A stretch of DNA of 63,949 nucleotides, counting the filler, from Craspedostauros australis (taxonomy: Eukaryota), in the NCBI GenBank assembly GCA_030167865.1. It is 9 parts of 9 records of this genome, joined end to end, with 100 filler letters (N's around TTAATTAATTAA, not from the genome) between each part and the next. Parts side by side here need not be neighbours in the genome. Positions count along the whole stretch, not along the records: positions 4,380 to 25,867 come from JALAGF010003193.1; 8 more parts are not named here. The stretch is one strand, 5' to 3'. This document shows positions 12,001-22,457 of this stretch, piece by piece. The translations under genes and the position numbers were made by a program. The stretch's first letter is position 1. Every line of letters begins with the position of its first letter. Under the pieces are notes generated by a model, which worked only from the letters and a program-made list of their open reading frames with translations, ran no database searches and had not been told where the DNA came from.

Positions 12001-13568
12001 AGTACGGCAACAAGGTAATATCTTTGCAGAACCGCCCCACAATCGACAAGATGCGAGTCTACCACATCCTCCTGGATGGACAAACCGCAAAGATTGGCAA
12101 ACGCAAGAACAGTGAGCTCATAAAGTTTGGTGCCGACGTCCTCGCAAGCTTCGGTTTTCGGTACCCAAGCAACGATGCCGTTATCGCGCTTTCCCTGTTC
12201 ACCAGGATGGCCAAGCTGAAGAGGTCTGCCAAGAAGTGGACGATCGAGTACCTCAATTCGATTCCACCCGCCAAAGATCCTATGGAGGAACACATCATGC
12301 GCATGCTCGACAAACATTGCACGATGGTGTGCCTTGCTAAGCCAAGAGTCTACCCCCTTGTCATGTTGGACATGGTCCATCGATCGATGACGAAGGGAAC
12401 TACCAGCTACACCTCGAAAGCCATGGTGAACGTTGCGATGATGCTCGGCCCCATATCCGGCGACATGCAGACGGCCGAAAAGTACGCCAACTACGCCCTG
12501 GAACTGTGCAGGTTGAACGAGACGAAGATAGCCTCGATCAGTTCCATATACATGGCAAAGGGGTACGTGCTCCACAACGTGTCGCCATTCGAGGACAGCA
12601 AGCAGGCGATGCTAGATACGTATTCCCTGTCCATGTCGGCCGGTGATGTTGTGGTTGCCTTGTGGGGCATGCTGTGCTATTTGGAGATGTGCTTCTTCAC
12701 CGCGAAACCTCTGCAGACTCTGGAAGCCGACTATTTGACGCACGTGAGAGCAGCTGAAGATTTCAGGCAGCAAGGCTTAGCAATAATGCTTGCAGCGAGG
12801 TGGCAAATGATCATGAACCTGCGGGGCAGGTCGGAGCATCGCACTCTGCTCTTGGGTGATGCCTTCGACGAAGTGGCCATCATCCGGTTGGCAGAGCAGA
12901 CTGGCGCCTCTGTTCTCAAGATGGTCGTCTCCCGCGCCAAGATGTTCCTGAGCATCTACTTCGCCGACTTCGAGTGCGCAGCGCGGTGTGCCAAATACCT
13001 CAGCAAGAGTCAAACAATGCCAGGCTTCGTTGCGACGATACCAGTCCAGTTCTGCACATCTTTCGCAGCGACGATCGTGTGCTCGCAGCACCAAGATGGC
13101 ATGCCTCGATCTGAACACAACAAGATGAAGCAGATGGCTCGCGAATCGTACAAGGCGCTGAAGACTGCGCGTGAGAAGGGGAATCCCAACACCGTCCATT
13201 ACCTCGCCATCCTTGATGCGGAGCGAGCCGCGCTGAGGGCGCACTCAGCTATTGTTGTAACAGCAGGAAAGGAAGCAGGGACCGCGGTTGGAAAGAAAAC
13301 GAGTGCTGCATTCTTGAGAGCAGCCAAGCAGTACCAAGACGCTATCCGTGCCTGCGCCCGGACGGGCATGATTCAAGACCAGGCTCTGGGTAACGAGCGG
13401 CTGGCGGAGCATATGCTGATCGCGAATGATCGGGACGGTGCCCAATACCATTTCGACCAAGCCATTCGGCTTTGCGAGGAATGGGGCGCCCATGGAAAGG
13501 TGGCGCAGCTGCAAGAGCGTTGCGCGACCATCTGGAAGCATGCTGACGAGATCGTTTTGCAGCTCTGA
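9066..13568 (+). CDS. STAND-like P-loop ATPase (AAA_16/COG3899-type) with C-terminal helical-repeat region and no kinase domain; true start probably downstream (e.g. MTKIDDDE at 9360)
   Basis: Walker A GYSGTGKS (about 10059), GKFD..PYSGF, Walker B LVFVSDDIQWAD (about 10638), KTNGNIFF, AACLG, FIHDKVQEAA and a terminal WGAHGKV motif. Single long ORF. Confidence 0.9.
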   Translation: MCASFSAVVALVRWQRRPNDEMQKGSLQRRRCKGTTDTAQRRTTGERVQPDQPKHTNTQGENREEMLDTHHQHKDATTSTTSNSDSDGNSEDNNHNRSMTKIDDDEHGQTPKSHRGHDPSSLRALLVDAGATTDAGRAKPLLHLSPHRDTSSGHTSLGNSNANSRSFTSSRSRRRSSCETDLTDGGFKTFTEVNSISPAQPSHELKIEHNPSVLTETRQMHTARRLAEISENSLDFSQVGLISRQKEKRVLEHALKQILRATPSAANNRTTAPKASSFGGESMVDSSDEELGTSMEQPEHPRQSHRPQRLRPAGGTGDSSRPTVRCLVSIAGYSGTGKSALAETLRPKCEANNVFFITGKFDLKQMDEPYSGFRIAMVDLCSQICNLPRVSIDANSTEDAPPQNSDSHTFEDLRTHIMQDLNVTELKVLSKLIPNLADVVGADVLQDDNSLHNDDNSVVSSPSTSHSEPYSQQPRAVTRSISQKRQESHQRQAHGFKQQSSRLKIVLRRFIRIVCNYRPLVFVSDDIQWADKESLAMIESWMLDTSISSLMVIVCFRSNFVNLEGGGAVPGTDDSQTVSTSANLVGQMLSSIEAKKRERSIRCIKLEVDNLTMLDVHEMLKRLLGLYDDACNTSTSASASYRSLLNTSLHGNKPSTNTDSEGLVEIIFKKTNGNIFFLQQFIRMLVRRKLLRYDISRMRWVWDNDQISRETPATINVAELMELKLQEIDSARYTLPLAACLGSTFSWMLLRTTLEGFAEETRGNHRTFYESLFGGPPPSTEAELIAMMQTYRHEGLVESHTRIHEATHDHTPRPHDGSSAKSSAPSTYSFIHDKVQEAALAMIPSAMKLQELQHRIGDILMTRLSPDHLKESLFIVANLLNSRLDLIPSYPPTPSQDEAGAARDIIMKSKRFRAAKLNFDAGLRAIARAAFRQAFQYLETTISIMPTDHWESHYDMSLELYTSATECAFASDNFEKMTEYGNKVISLQNRPTIDKMRVYHILLDGQTAKIGKRKNSELIKFGADVLASFGFRYPSNDAVIALSLFTRMAKLKRSAKKWTIEYLNSIPPAKDPMEEHIMRMLDKHCTMVCLAKPRVYPLVMLDMVHRSMTKGTTSYTSKAMVNVAMMLGPISGDMQTAEKYANYALELCRLNETKIASISSIYMAKGYVLHNVSPFEDSKQAMLDTYSLSMSAGDVVVALWGMLCYLEMCFFTAKPLQTLEADYLTHVRAAEDFRQQGLAIMLAARWQMIMNLRGRSEHRTLLLGDAFDEVAIIRLAEQTGASVLKMVVSRAKMFLSIYFADFECAARCAKYLSKSQTMPGFVATIPVQFCTSFAATIVCSQHQDGMPRSEHNKMKQMARESYKALKTAREKGNPNTVHYLAILDAERAALRAHSAIVVTAGKEAGTAVGKKTSAAFLRAAKQYQDAIRACARTGMIQDQALGNERLAEHMLIANDRDGAQYHFDQAIRLCEEWGAHGKVAQLQERCATIWKHADEIVLQL

Positions 13569-14308
13569 TGTGCTCAAAAAGCGTCAGAGAGCATGTGCCA
13601 CTACATAGAGTAGAGGACAATATCCGTAATATACCTACGTGCTCACGCACTGTGAGTGAACACTTTAGATTTCAAATGATACGTACGATGCACCCACACT
13701 GCAGTGCAGTCGCCTTGGCACGACTATGACAAGGAGCCGAGAGGAGAGCAGCCTGCAGTCGCCTTAGTCGCATATCCGTTGTCCGTGTTTTCGTTCGACG
13801 TCGTGCGACGTGTGGTCCGACTTGTCCAATGAATGTGTCACGAATCGTGTCTCTGTGTAGGTATTTTGCCGCTTCCCCCATCAACCATCGATCATGGAGA
13901 TTCGTCGACCTGTGCATCAGACGAATCTTCGATTCGACGGGATGGAACAAACGCTGGAAGCAACAGGAGGAGAACGATTCCATCGCTTGCGAGTTGCAAA
14001 TACACCACAGGCTCATGACTTCACTGCATAGCCTTCTTCCATGAGGTTCCTTATCTATTTGGCAAATGCCGTGCATCTCACTTTATCTCGATATCAGCTT
14101 GTTTTTAGCATTGCTTCATCATGTGGGCTGGCGACGTTCTTGCCGTCCGGAGAATCGATGCACAACGTGGTATGCGCCGCAGCATCCTCTTCGATGTGCA
14201 CACACCACTGGGCATCCACAAAAGTAAAATGGGAAAAATGAGCGTCCATACTGCCGCTTGCAGTGCAAGGAAGTGTCATCAATCAGTAGATTGTGCAGAG
14301 AAGATGAC

Positions 14309-14330
14309 TCTCTCTCTCTCTCTCTCTCTC
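14309..14330. repeat. (CT/GA)n microsatellite; similar tracts near 20671, 31768, 38808, 40090 and 41173
   Basis: Dinucleotide runs seen directly, mostly next to gene ends. Confidence 0.9.
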
Positions 14331-14390
14331 AGCAAGATCACGACGGCGTTGCTACCACACATGCGATTCTACGGTGCCATGAATTTGAAT

Positions 14391-15719
14391 TTACGGTTTA
14401 TTGAAGGATACAGTACTGCGTGCCTCGTCTTCATCCACCTTCTGCAGTTCGCCGTCATCCATGATCTTATCCATATCCAACGACGCGCCGCCGCTGCTCT
14501 CCTCTTGGAATTTGGCAAGCTCCTGATGCTTCAATGCGTGCAATCGATTGCGGAAGGCCCGTTGCGAGTCCATGACCTTGCTGAGCTCGTTGATGACCTC
14601 CAGATTCCTGCGCCCCTTGGAGGATTCCTGCTGTTCCATGACGCCATCGCTGGCGCTCGCGAGATGGTGGATGACGGATTTCCATTCACCTTTGCACGGT
14701 TTCGTGTCGCGATTTTGCTGCGAGGGCGCATCGCTGTTGTCGCCGCTATTCGCTGGGATGCTTGCGGCTGGATTGGAGCCACGTGTATTCTCAGTGACGA
14801 GAGCATTTGGTCTTATCGATGGTGTGGTGGATGCTGCAGGCTTTGCGATGGGAACGTCGGCGGGGGCATCGTTGGGAATGGATGAGGCAGCGTGCTGTGT
14901 GGATGTACGTTGATGCGTCGATGATTGCTGCCGATGAACGACAAGCTCCTTGCACAAAGAGGAGTAAACTCCCAGTAGATGCCCCATGGCCACTCCTGCG
15001 GTGGAATGAACATCCGCCTCTGACATTTTCGGGATCTTGAACGTCTTTGGACCAGCGTCATGGTCTGTAGATTGCGGGTCGTGGATAGTGGATGGCATCC
15101 TCGTAGTCGCAGTGGTCGCCATCATCGCCGCTGTTGTTGTAGAAGCCGAGTGGAGTGCACCTTGCAAGGTGCCTGCCATTGAATGGGGCAGCTGATGCGC
15201 GGCTGATTGTGCCACTTGCCGCTGCATGATGGATGCAGGCATGTTGGTTGGATTCATCCACGTTCGCGTCAGCTCTCTTCGCTCCGCAAGGTACGCCGAC
15301 GTCGTGAGGGTGCGCGCCACCTTGGAGTAGCGATCGAGGCAGGTGGATATTTGGTCGACCGTCACATCGGGGTACTCGCGCGCCATGTGCTCGTGGATCT
15401 GTTCGGCGTTGGACCGCTTCAATCCGACCTTGAAGATCGCCGAGCTGAAGTCTTGTGTCATTTCATCGGGCCACACGAAGCGTTTGGGTTTGTTGGGCGT
15501 CTTGGGTTGGCGTTGCTTGTTTGGTTTGAGCTGCAGGTGGACTGCTCGTTTGCGCAACGGTAAGGCGCGATCCCGTCTCGTTGCGTGATGATGATGTCCA
15601 GGAGGCGCCGATGGATGTGATGCTGCTGGCGATGCGGATGAGTCGACATGCTGCGGCTTGCGTTGCTCAGGTTGCTGCTGAGGTGACGATTCCTCGTGTT
15701 GGTCAGCTTGGTCACTCAT
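14391..15719 (-). CDS. GARP/SHAQKYF-class Myb-like transcription factor (divergent)
   Basis: KPKRFVWPDEMTQDFSSAIFKVGLKRSNAEQIHEHM...VTVDQISTCLDRY aligns with the GARP consensus (R.VW..ELH..FV.A...LG...ATP..I...M...LT...VKSHLQKY). Start taken as MSDQADQ at 15719. Confidence 0.8.
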   Translation of the reverse strand: MSDQADQHEESSPQQQPEQRKPQHVDSSASPAASHPSAPPGHHHHATRRDRALPLRKRAVHLQLKPNKQRQPKTPNKPKRFVWPDEMTQDFSSAIFKVGLKRSNAEQIHEHMAREYPDVTVDQISTCLDRYSKVARTLTTSAYLAERRELTRTWMNPTNMPASIMQRQVAQSAAHQLPHSMAGTLQGALHSASTTTAAMMATTATTRMPSTIHDPQSTDHDAGPKTFKIPKMSEADVHSTAGVAMGHLLGVYSSLCKELVVHRQQSSTHQRTSTQHAASSIPNDAPADVPIAKPAASTTPSIRPNALVTENTRGSNPAASIPANSGDNSDAPSQQNRDTKPCKGEWKSVIHHLASASDGVMEQQESSKGRRNLEVINELSKVMDSQRAFRNRLHALKHQELAKFQEESSGGASLDMDKIMDDGELQKVDEDEARSTVSFNKP

Positions 15720-16696
15720 CTTGCAAGTCCTGACGATGCTCGAGTTGTCGATGCCCGTGCATACGCTGTTGTATTGTGCTGAATTGCGCTGAAATGCGCT
15801 GAAGTGGGATGCGAGGTTGTCGCAGTGCGCGCAGGAGATGGACTGTTTGGTCACAGACGATGATTGATCAGGTGAGGCTATCCCCCCGGTATTGATCGCC
15901 GTAGTCCTACTCCCTTCTCTCTCTCTCTGGAGAGACAGACACAGAAAGAGCACGATACTGATTATCCAAGACGATAGGCCTCTCTACGTGCCGCAGAATA
16001 GAGCAGAGCAGAGTAGTAGAGAAGAGTAGAATAGCTCAGAGTAGAGTACTCGTTGACACCAATGAGATGACATGGAAGCCGAAAGGAAGATGATGGGACC
16101 GTTAGATACAATATGTACGTGTGCATCAGCGCATGACCGATCTGTGATGGCATCAACACGAGGCGATCGCCACCTACTAATACGAGTGCGGGCGTGCCAT
16201 CCTGTGTTGAGTAACTACGCGAAGTGCGGACATTGTGATTTCCACGAGATTTGTCCAAACCACACAAAACTGCGTAGAATCGGATTACGAGAAGAGTTGC
16301 CTTCCTGGTTGGGCGGCGCAGCGTTTCCCTCTTTTGCTTTGCGCATGTGCTTCAACTGTTGTTTTTTGTTCGAATTTCCATGATGTTGAGTCGTATTGGT
16401 CGTTAGTCTAACTCGAGCGTTTTGTTTGCGCACGGCGGCCATCAACCAACAAGCGACAAGCTTCACACTCCTCGTATAGCGCTTGTATCACCACACCAAC
16501 ACTATATTCATCATATATAATATAACATATAATAGTATGTATTCGCAGAGTACTCTAGCCGTTTACATGCCCACTGCTCGATGTACTGGAGGCACGTTGG
16601 AATCGGATCGAATCGAATGACTCCACGCTTGCTCAGCCCGCTTGTGGCAGGAACAGGACGAGAATTCTATTCGCAACGGCATGGCGTTGTACTTCG

Positions 16697-18815
16697 CTAG
16701 TTGCAGCCCTTGGCCATGGCCGTCTTGAAATCTCGAAGATGAAACCACGCGTTGGCGCCGAACTTGAGGCCCTTCTCGACGGGGAGCGCCTGATGGGTCG
16801 TTCTGTCATCCTTGTCGGCGGGACGATCGTCGAAGACGCTTGGCCACAGGACGGCTCTGCCGCGCTTGGGCATCACGGTGATGTTTAGCTTGTCAAAGTT
16901 CGTGCCACCTCCCGCTTCGACGTCGCTCAGGTACAGGTACATGGTCAGTATGCGTGGCCCGCATTGTCTGTCGCGGGTCACGGCGATGTAGTCGTGGTGG
17001 ACGTTGTAGAACTATTTGCGACGTGGTATTGGTGACGTTGGCGTTCATGCAGAGCATGAGAATGTGATGCAGCAGACGAGAGGAGATCAGATACAGTGAT
17101 CAGCGGCAGAGTTGCGATTGTGATGGCATGGCATGGCGTACTCGTACAAGTACATTCAAAAGCGGAAGACTGCGTGGCATTTCCAAGTCGATGCAGCGTC
17201 ACGTTGTGTCTCAGATGTCACTGACGACCACAATCAAGTGAGGAACGTACCTGCCCAACTTCGTACCGCAATAGCTGCAAGTACTCCGAATTCAAAGCAT
17301 CGATGCCGGTGAGATTGCTCATGCGTTCGATGACAGCATGCGCGTGGGGATCTTTATCGCAGTTTGTGGAGCACCATGCCGTGGTGGAGGTGCGGCCATC
17401 ATAGAAGTAATCGTCCCACGTTCCATCGGCTTTGACTGTGCCGACATCGGCGCTGCGCTTGTATCCGGTATCGGCGCCAATCTGAATCAATTGATCAGCT
17501 TCTTCTTGCGACACGACGTCGTCCATCGTGATGACCCATGGCCCGCCATTGAGCTGCGGCGATGACTCAATGCGGACGGAGTGCCGCGTGAGGTATGGTT
17601 CCGCAGTCAGCTTTTCAAACATCTTGTTGAGATCGCCGGGTCCCCACGCATCGACAGCATCGGGATCGAGAGGGCAGCGGTACGACAACGAATTGACATG
17701 GCAGCTCTGGCATGCTGGTCCGCACTTGAACTTCATGTCTGTGTGATGGTGGTGGTGGAGCATTGACATCAGGATTGGTATGAGAAGAGAGGTTGAGAGA
17801 TGATAACGCCGAGTGCGTGTGGTGTGGTATGGAGTAGAGTGATTGATGTGAGAAGGAGCCCGCACATGACAGATACTGTCGGGCGCGGAGATGCAAATAT
17901 TCCAACATCGACACGCATACTTGTTTCTGGTGGTACCGATAACTCACATTTTTCGTTCGCGTCGCATTCACCCTCCGCGGCCCACCGCGTGCAATGCTCA
18001 TGTTGATTTGTGCAGATCTTGTCCATGCCGTACTCCATGGTTTCACGGACGGTTGTGAGCATGTACTCGCGCCCACTCGTGATGATCTCCTCCATTCTCT
18101 CCACAGTCGCATCGTCGTTCTCTGTTTCCGAAATATCTTGTGCGACGCCCAAGTCCTTTCCCTGGATCAGGTCGTCGTCGGTGTAGCTGTTGTGGCAGTT
18201 GGAGACAGAATGTTTTTGAATTGGGATCGCAACGAGCAGTGCGAACATCACGAGTATGGGTGAGTCGACAGACTCATGGAATGAAACGGCAGCATGTAGC
18301 ACAACATCGCACGTAAAGTACTTCCATCCCAATCGTCGCACTTACGTGAAGGGAGAGCACACGTAGCAGCTGAGCTCGCAGTTCGTCAGCATGAAGGTGG
18401 GATTTGCCTTGCATTCACCCGTGCTGGCCCACAACTGGCATTTCTCATGATCATCTGTGCACTCAGTGCAGACGCTGCAGCTCTTCTTGCAGCTCGTCAG
18501 CATGTAGGAAGGGTTGATGTCGCACTCGCCCTGCGAGGCCCAGTCGGGACACCTTTCGTCGTCGTCGGTGCAGGTCTCGACGTCGTCTTCATCATCATAC
18601 TCGTCATCTTCGTCATCTTCGTCGAGAGCGTTGTCGGGTGCGGCCGAACCACCGCCATCTGCCGTCTCGGTCGGACCGATGTCATCCTTGGACAGCGTGG
18701 CGATGCATTCCTGCGATGCGGATCCGTCGCCAACGGCGCATTCTTGACCGCCTGCGCCTTCCACGTTTGCCGCAAGTAACAGCAGCAGCAGCACAATTGT
18801 CGATCTCATCCTCAT
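16697..18815 (-). CDS. Secreted/ER prolyl 4-hydroxylase (2OG-Fe(II) dioxygenase) with three ShKT domains; exons 18815-18346, 18186-17948, 17738-17251, 17011-16697
   Basis: Signal peptide MRMRSTIVLLLLLLAANVEG. ShKT motifs CTDDDERCPDWASQGEC..C..SC (x2) plus a third split across an intron. GRTSTTAW, EYLQLLRYEVGQFYNVHHD (HxD), RILTMYLYLSDVEAGGGTNF and HQALPV..GLKFGANAW. All three GT-AG introns keep the frame. Confidence 0.93.
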
Positions 18816-19446
18816 GGTCGGGTCGTTGTGATTATGGTTGTTGTTATTGTTATTGTGGAAGACGAAGGCGTCATTGTGTTGGTTTTGGGTGTTGGTGGCA
18901 ATCCTCCAACAATCATGACCGTTGCACATTTCTACCTGTTCTCATTGCGCTGCCGCCAATTTGCACACAACGCATCAGGTGCGCGTTGCATGTCATCGTC
19001 TTGGTCTGTTGTGCGACGGACGTTGCATGTGCAAAGATTTGGATATAACGGTTGTAACGTGCGTCGAGCTGCCCTCACAAATTCGTCGACATACTGACAA
19101 AATTGGAGACGGAACCATTCAGCATCGACCAACAAGCACGAACGCAACGATGAATTTCGACGACATCATCGGAGCGGAGCATTTGTCGTATGGTAGAAGA
19201 GGAAGCCTTGATTGCACATGCGCGTGGTGTTGGCGACATCTCAGAGCAAACACATTCGTCTTCGCTTTGCCGCCTTCGTTCATTCTCATCGTCGCAACAC
19301 GCATGCTTCCGTGTGCAGGTGATGTGAGTCGCACTGAAATCACACCAACGAACGGCCAACCACAGAAGCATGTATTCACGTGATCGCGATCGATTTGCTG
19401 GAAGCAATCATTCAATTCTCATCACGGCAACATTGACAACAACAGG

Positions 19447-20661
19447 ATGCTCTGCACCACATCCAATTCGAACCCACAGCGGCAACGTCCCGGAATCACC
19501 ATCATGGCGATGGTCACCGTGGTCGCGACAACGCTAGTTGCCATCGCCTCCTTCCGCATGGTCTTTACGACGACGCTTCATCACGTCGCAGTCGATGTTT
19601 CGCACATACCGTTGCTCCGCACAAACCCGAGCCGCAATGAGACGATCAGCGAACAACCCATGAACCCCACGCTGGACCAGCAAAGGCCACAGCACGATTC
19701 ACATCGCAGACTTACCCAGCAGGTGGACGGGGCCGCGGAGTTACCAGCACTGTTACAACCTGCATCGGCGATTTCGAAGATGCCGATCGCTCCATTCCAG
19801 ATCCAGTTGATCCACTCCGACGATGACGCTGCGATGACATCGTACGATGAAATGATGGCGTTGCAGACCACGCAGGTGTATCTGTCCAGCGTCTTTCGCG
19901 AACTGCAGCCTAGTCTCTTCATGCGATTGGAAATGTTCCAATTCGTGCGCGATTATCCGAAGGCAGAAAAGCAGCATGTCACGAAGATTGCCTACCGCGG
20001 CAACGCGTACTTTCGCGATGCCAACCACACTGCCAGCAGTGCCGACGGCAGTGCCGACGATGCTATGACGCGCGGCAGGATGGACAAGGACATCATGCTC
20101 AGCATGGTGGGGCAAAACGTGACGGTGTTCATGAACATGCTGCAATCCAACGGGTTGAAGGACGTGCGCAACGTTTCGCTCATGTCCGTTGATGGCAGAA
20201 TGATGGATTTCCGCGATGGCGAGGTTGGCTACATGGATGCCGATGACGCAGGTGCAAGCACAGATACGGACGCACAATCGCCAAAGTCGACTTCCATGAA
20301 ACGAACGCAGAGGCGGGACCTGATGCTGGGGCTTTGCATCGGGATTCCCGGATTCATCATCTTTCTATCGATCGGAAGCTTTGTCGTGCGATGGACACGC
20401 GAGGTTGCCGTCCACATACCGCGCCAACCTGGCGACCCAGAGCACGTCCTTTGGAAGTCCAGTCATCATCGTTCACGGAGCGAGAGCAACCGGCCCAATC
20501 GTGATCATCGCATGCAAGAAATTGCGGAAGAAAAGAAAGAAGAAGAGCGAGCTGATGAAGACAAGTATACATCGAGATACGATCCAGAGGAGCAATACAT
20601 GCCCATGGGTGATGATGAGATGCAACCAATACCATCGCCGAACAAAAGGAGCCGAACATAG
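19447..20661 (+). CDS. Membrane protein: N-terminal hydrophobic anchor, putative SEA-like ectodomain, second TM helix, charged cytosolic tail
   Basis: Hydrophobic ITIMAMVTVVATTLVAIASF; HRRL motif; alpha/beta domain (PFQIQL...TQVYLSSVF...IAYRGNAYF...FMNMLQ); TM LMLGLCIGIPGFIIFLSIGSFVV. The SEA-like assignment is inferred from pattern only. Confidence 0.7.
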   Translation: MLCTTSNSNPQRQRPGITIMAMVTVVATTLVAIASFRMVFTTTLHHVAVDVSHIPLLRTNPSRNETISEQPMNPTLDQQRPQHDSHRRLTQQVDGAAELPALLQPASAISKMPIAPFQIQLIHSDDDAAMTSYDEMMALQTTQVYLSSVFRELQPSLFMRLEMFQFVRDYPKAEKQHVTKIAYRGNAYFRDANHTASSADGSADDAMTRGRMDKDIMLSMVGQNVTVFMNMLQSNGLKDVRNVSLMSVDGRMMDFRDGEVGYMDADDAGASTDTDAQSPKSTSMKRTQRRDLMLGLCIGIPGFIIFLSIGSFVVRWTREVAVHIPRQPGDPEHVLWKSSHHRSRSESNRPNRDHRMQEIAEEKKEEERADEDKYTSRYDPEEQYMPMGDDEMQPIPSPNKRSRT

Positions 20662-22457
20662 AGCACGCCACAGAGAGAGAGAGAGGGAGAGAGGGAGCGG
20701 AAAGCCAAGACGCGCCATTTGCACGAGCTGAATCAGAATGGGCGGAAAGTATGCCAATGGAACTGGATGAATCAGACTTGGAGAACAAGACTCTACTAAT
20801 ACTAATACTGCTACGAGTACGAGCACAAGTGGAGGTGTGCTCTAGCCTATGCCTGTATTCTACTACATATGAGAACTCGACTTCCTGCAGCACTCGCACC
20901 TGATTGGACGATACTACAGAACGTGTGTTGGGGATGATTCTGCAGTCGCAGCGATGTCGCAATGATTGTGGAAGCCACAGAACAGATGCCACGTCGACCG
21001 GTTCTTCTCGTTTGTCTCCAGAATTCAGAATAAAGCAAGGCTAATTCCCCGAAAAGGAATCTGGGTCTCGGTCTTTCGTTTCACCGGTACTCACAACTTT
21101 TGTCCTATTCTCCGCGGGACGAATACCGTGACAAAATCGTATGCAGCGTCGGGATTTGTTAGTCGAATCTGATCGTCTACTATTCGTGTACGACATTCGC
21201 AGGACGCGCGCAAGATTGTTTCGGGCCGATCTTTGTATGTCCACATCACAGATTGGACGGTGTCGTTCTTGTGGGAATGGCGCGGGCTGTTCATTAGTGT
21301 GGTCCTGAGATGGATCTGGTTGCGCGTGATCGGCTTTGGCTCGTTGCTGTTCCACAGCGCGCACGTAGAAATCGTACCATACAATCGTATTCAAGCGGAA
21401 TGGATGTCACAGAAAGTCACGAACCAGAACGCGACAAGATGCAGAAAGATGACGAAAGAGGGCTCTGTGTTGTGACTGTGCTGATAGACGAGCCGCCGCA
21501 CCGAACGTGTCTTCGGTTCTATTTGTGCCTCTCTTGCATTTGCATCGTACTTGCGCTCGTAGGAACTCCTGCCCTTGTTGTGGTACACTGTGTCCACGTC
21601 ATGTGCTCACCGATCATCCGCTCTTGGCATTGTTCTGGTGATTGCGTTCTTGTGCAGTAGAATGGCTGCAGACCTTGCTGCACGAGAGCCAAGCTACGCT
21701 ATCACCCCCATTACCACCATCGCTCGCCAGAGTTCTTGTCGCGCACCATACGATAGCACCAAACCTGTACTGTGTCTCGTTGGTTTTACTCTCGCAGAGG
21801 CACCGCACAACATCCGTGTTCATCAGTCTGGCAACAGAAGCAAACAGACGAGCTAGTATACGTGAGTACGAGAGTACGAGACACACCGTAACAGCATCAG
21901 CGGGGATACTGTGCACAGTCTGCTTTCTTCCCATCTCTTGCTCTTTCCTCTCTTGGTTCGGATCGTTGGCTGTTTCGTGGCGTGCAAACAGGCTTCTGGT
22001 CGAAGAGTGAAGGTCGGTGGGCGAGGTCCATCCCAGAGCTCGGTGACAGGAACCGCAAGAATTCCAACCGCTCCGAACATCGTTGGGTACCGCGGTTCTG
22101 TTACCTCCACTTTCCAACGCGCGATCACTGACCACAGCAGTCGAGAGGTACCGAAAAACGGAAGAGACAACTTCCATCTTTGACAGCTTCTGGTTACCAT
22201 TGCGGCCACTGTGATTGATCACATCGTGCAATCACGCGCTGCTCCAACATTTGTGTCGGCAGCAAGGGAAGTCACAGCACACATAGCAGATCAACAGCAG
22301 TGTTCATTCATCAAGGGAAGCCATCAATCCATCAATCTGCAAGTGAGAGTGCATCCACACGCATCGACACACTTCGATACGCCTCTGTACCACAAACTTT
22401 CAAACGTAAATGGGAGCAATGCCATTCTCATACACAGCACCGCGATTCACCGCGGCG

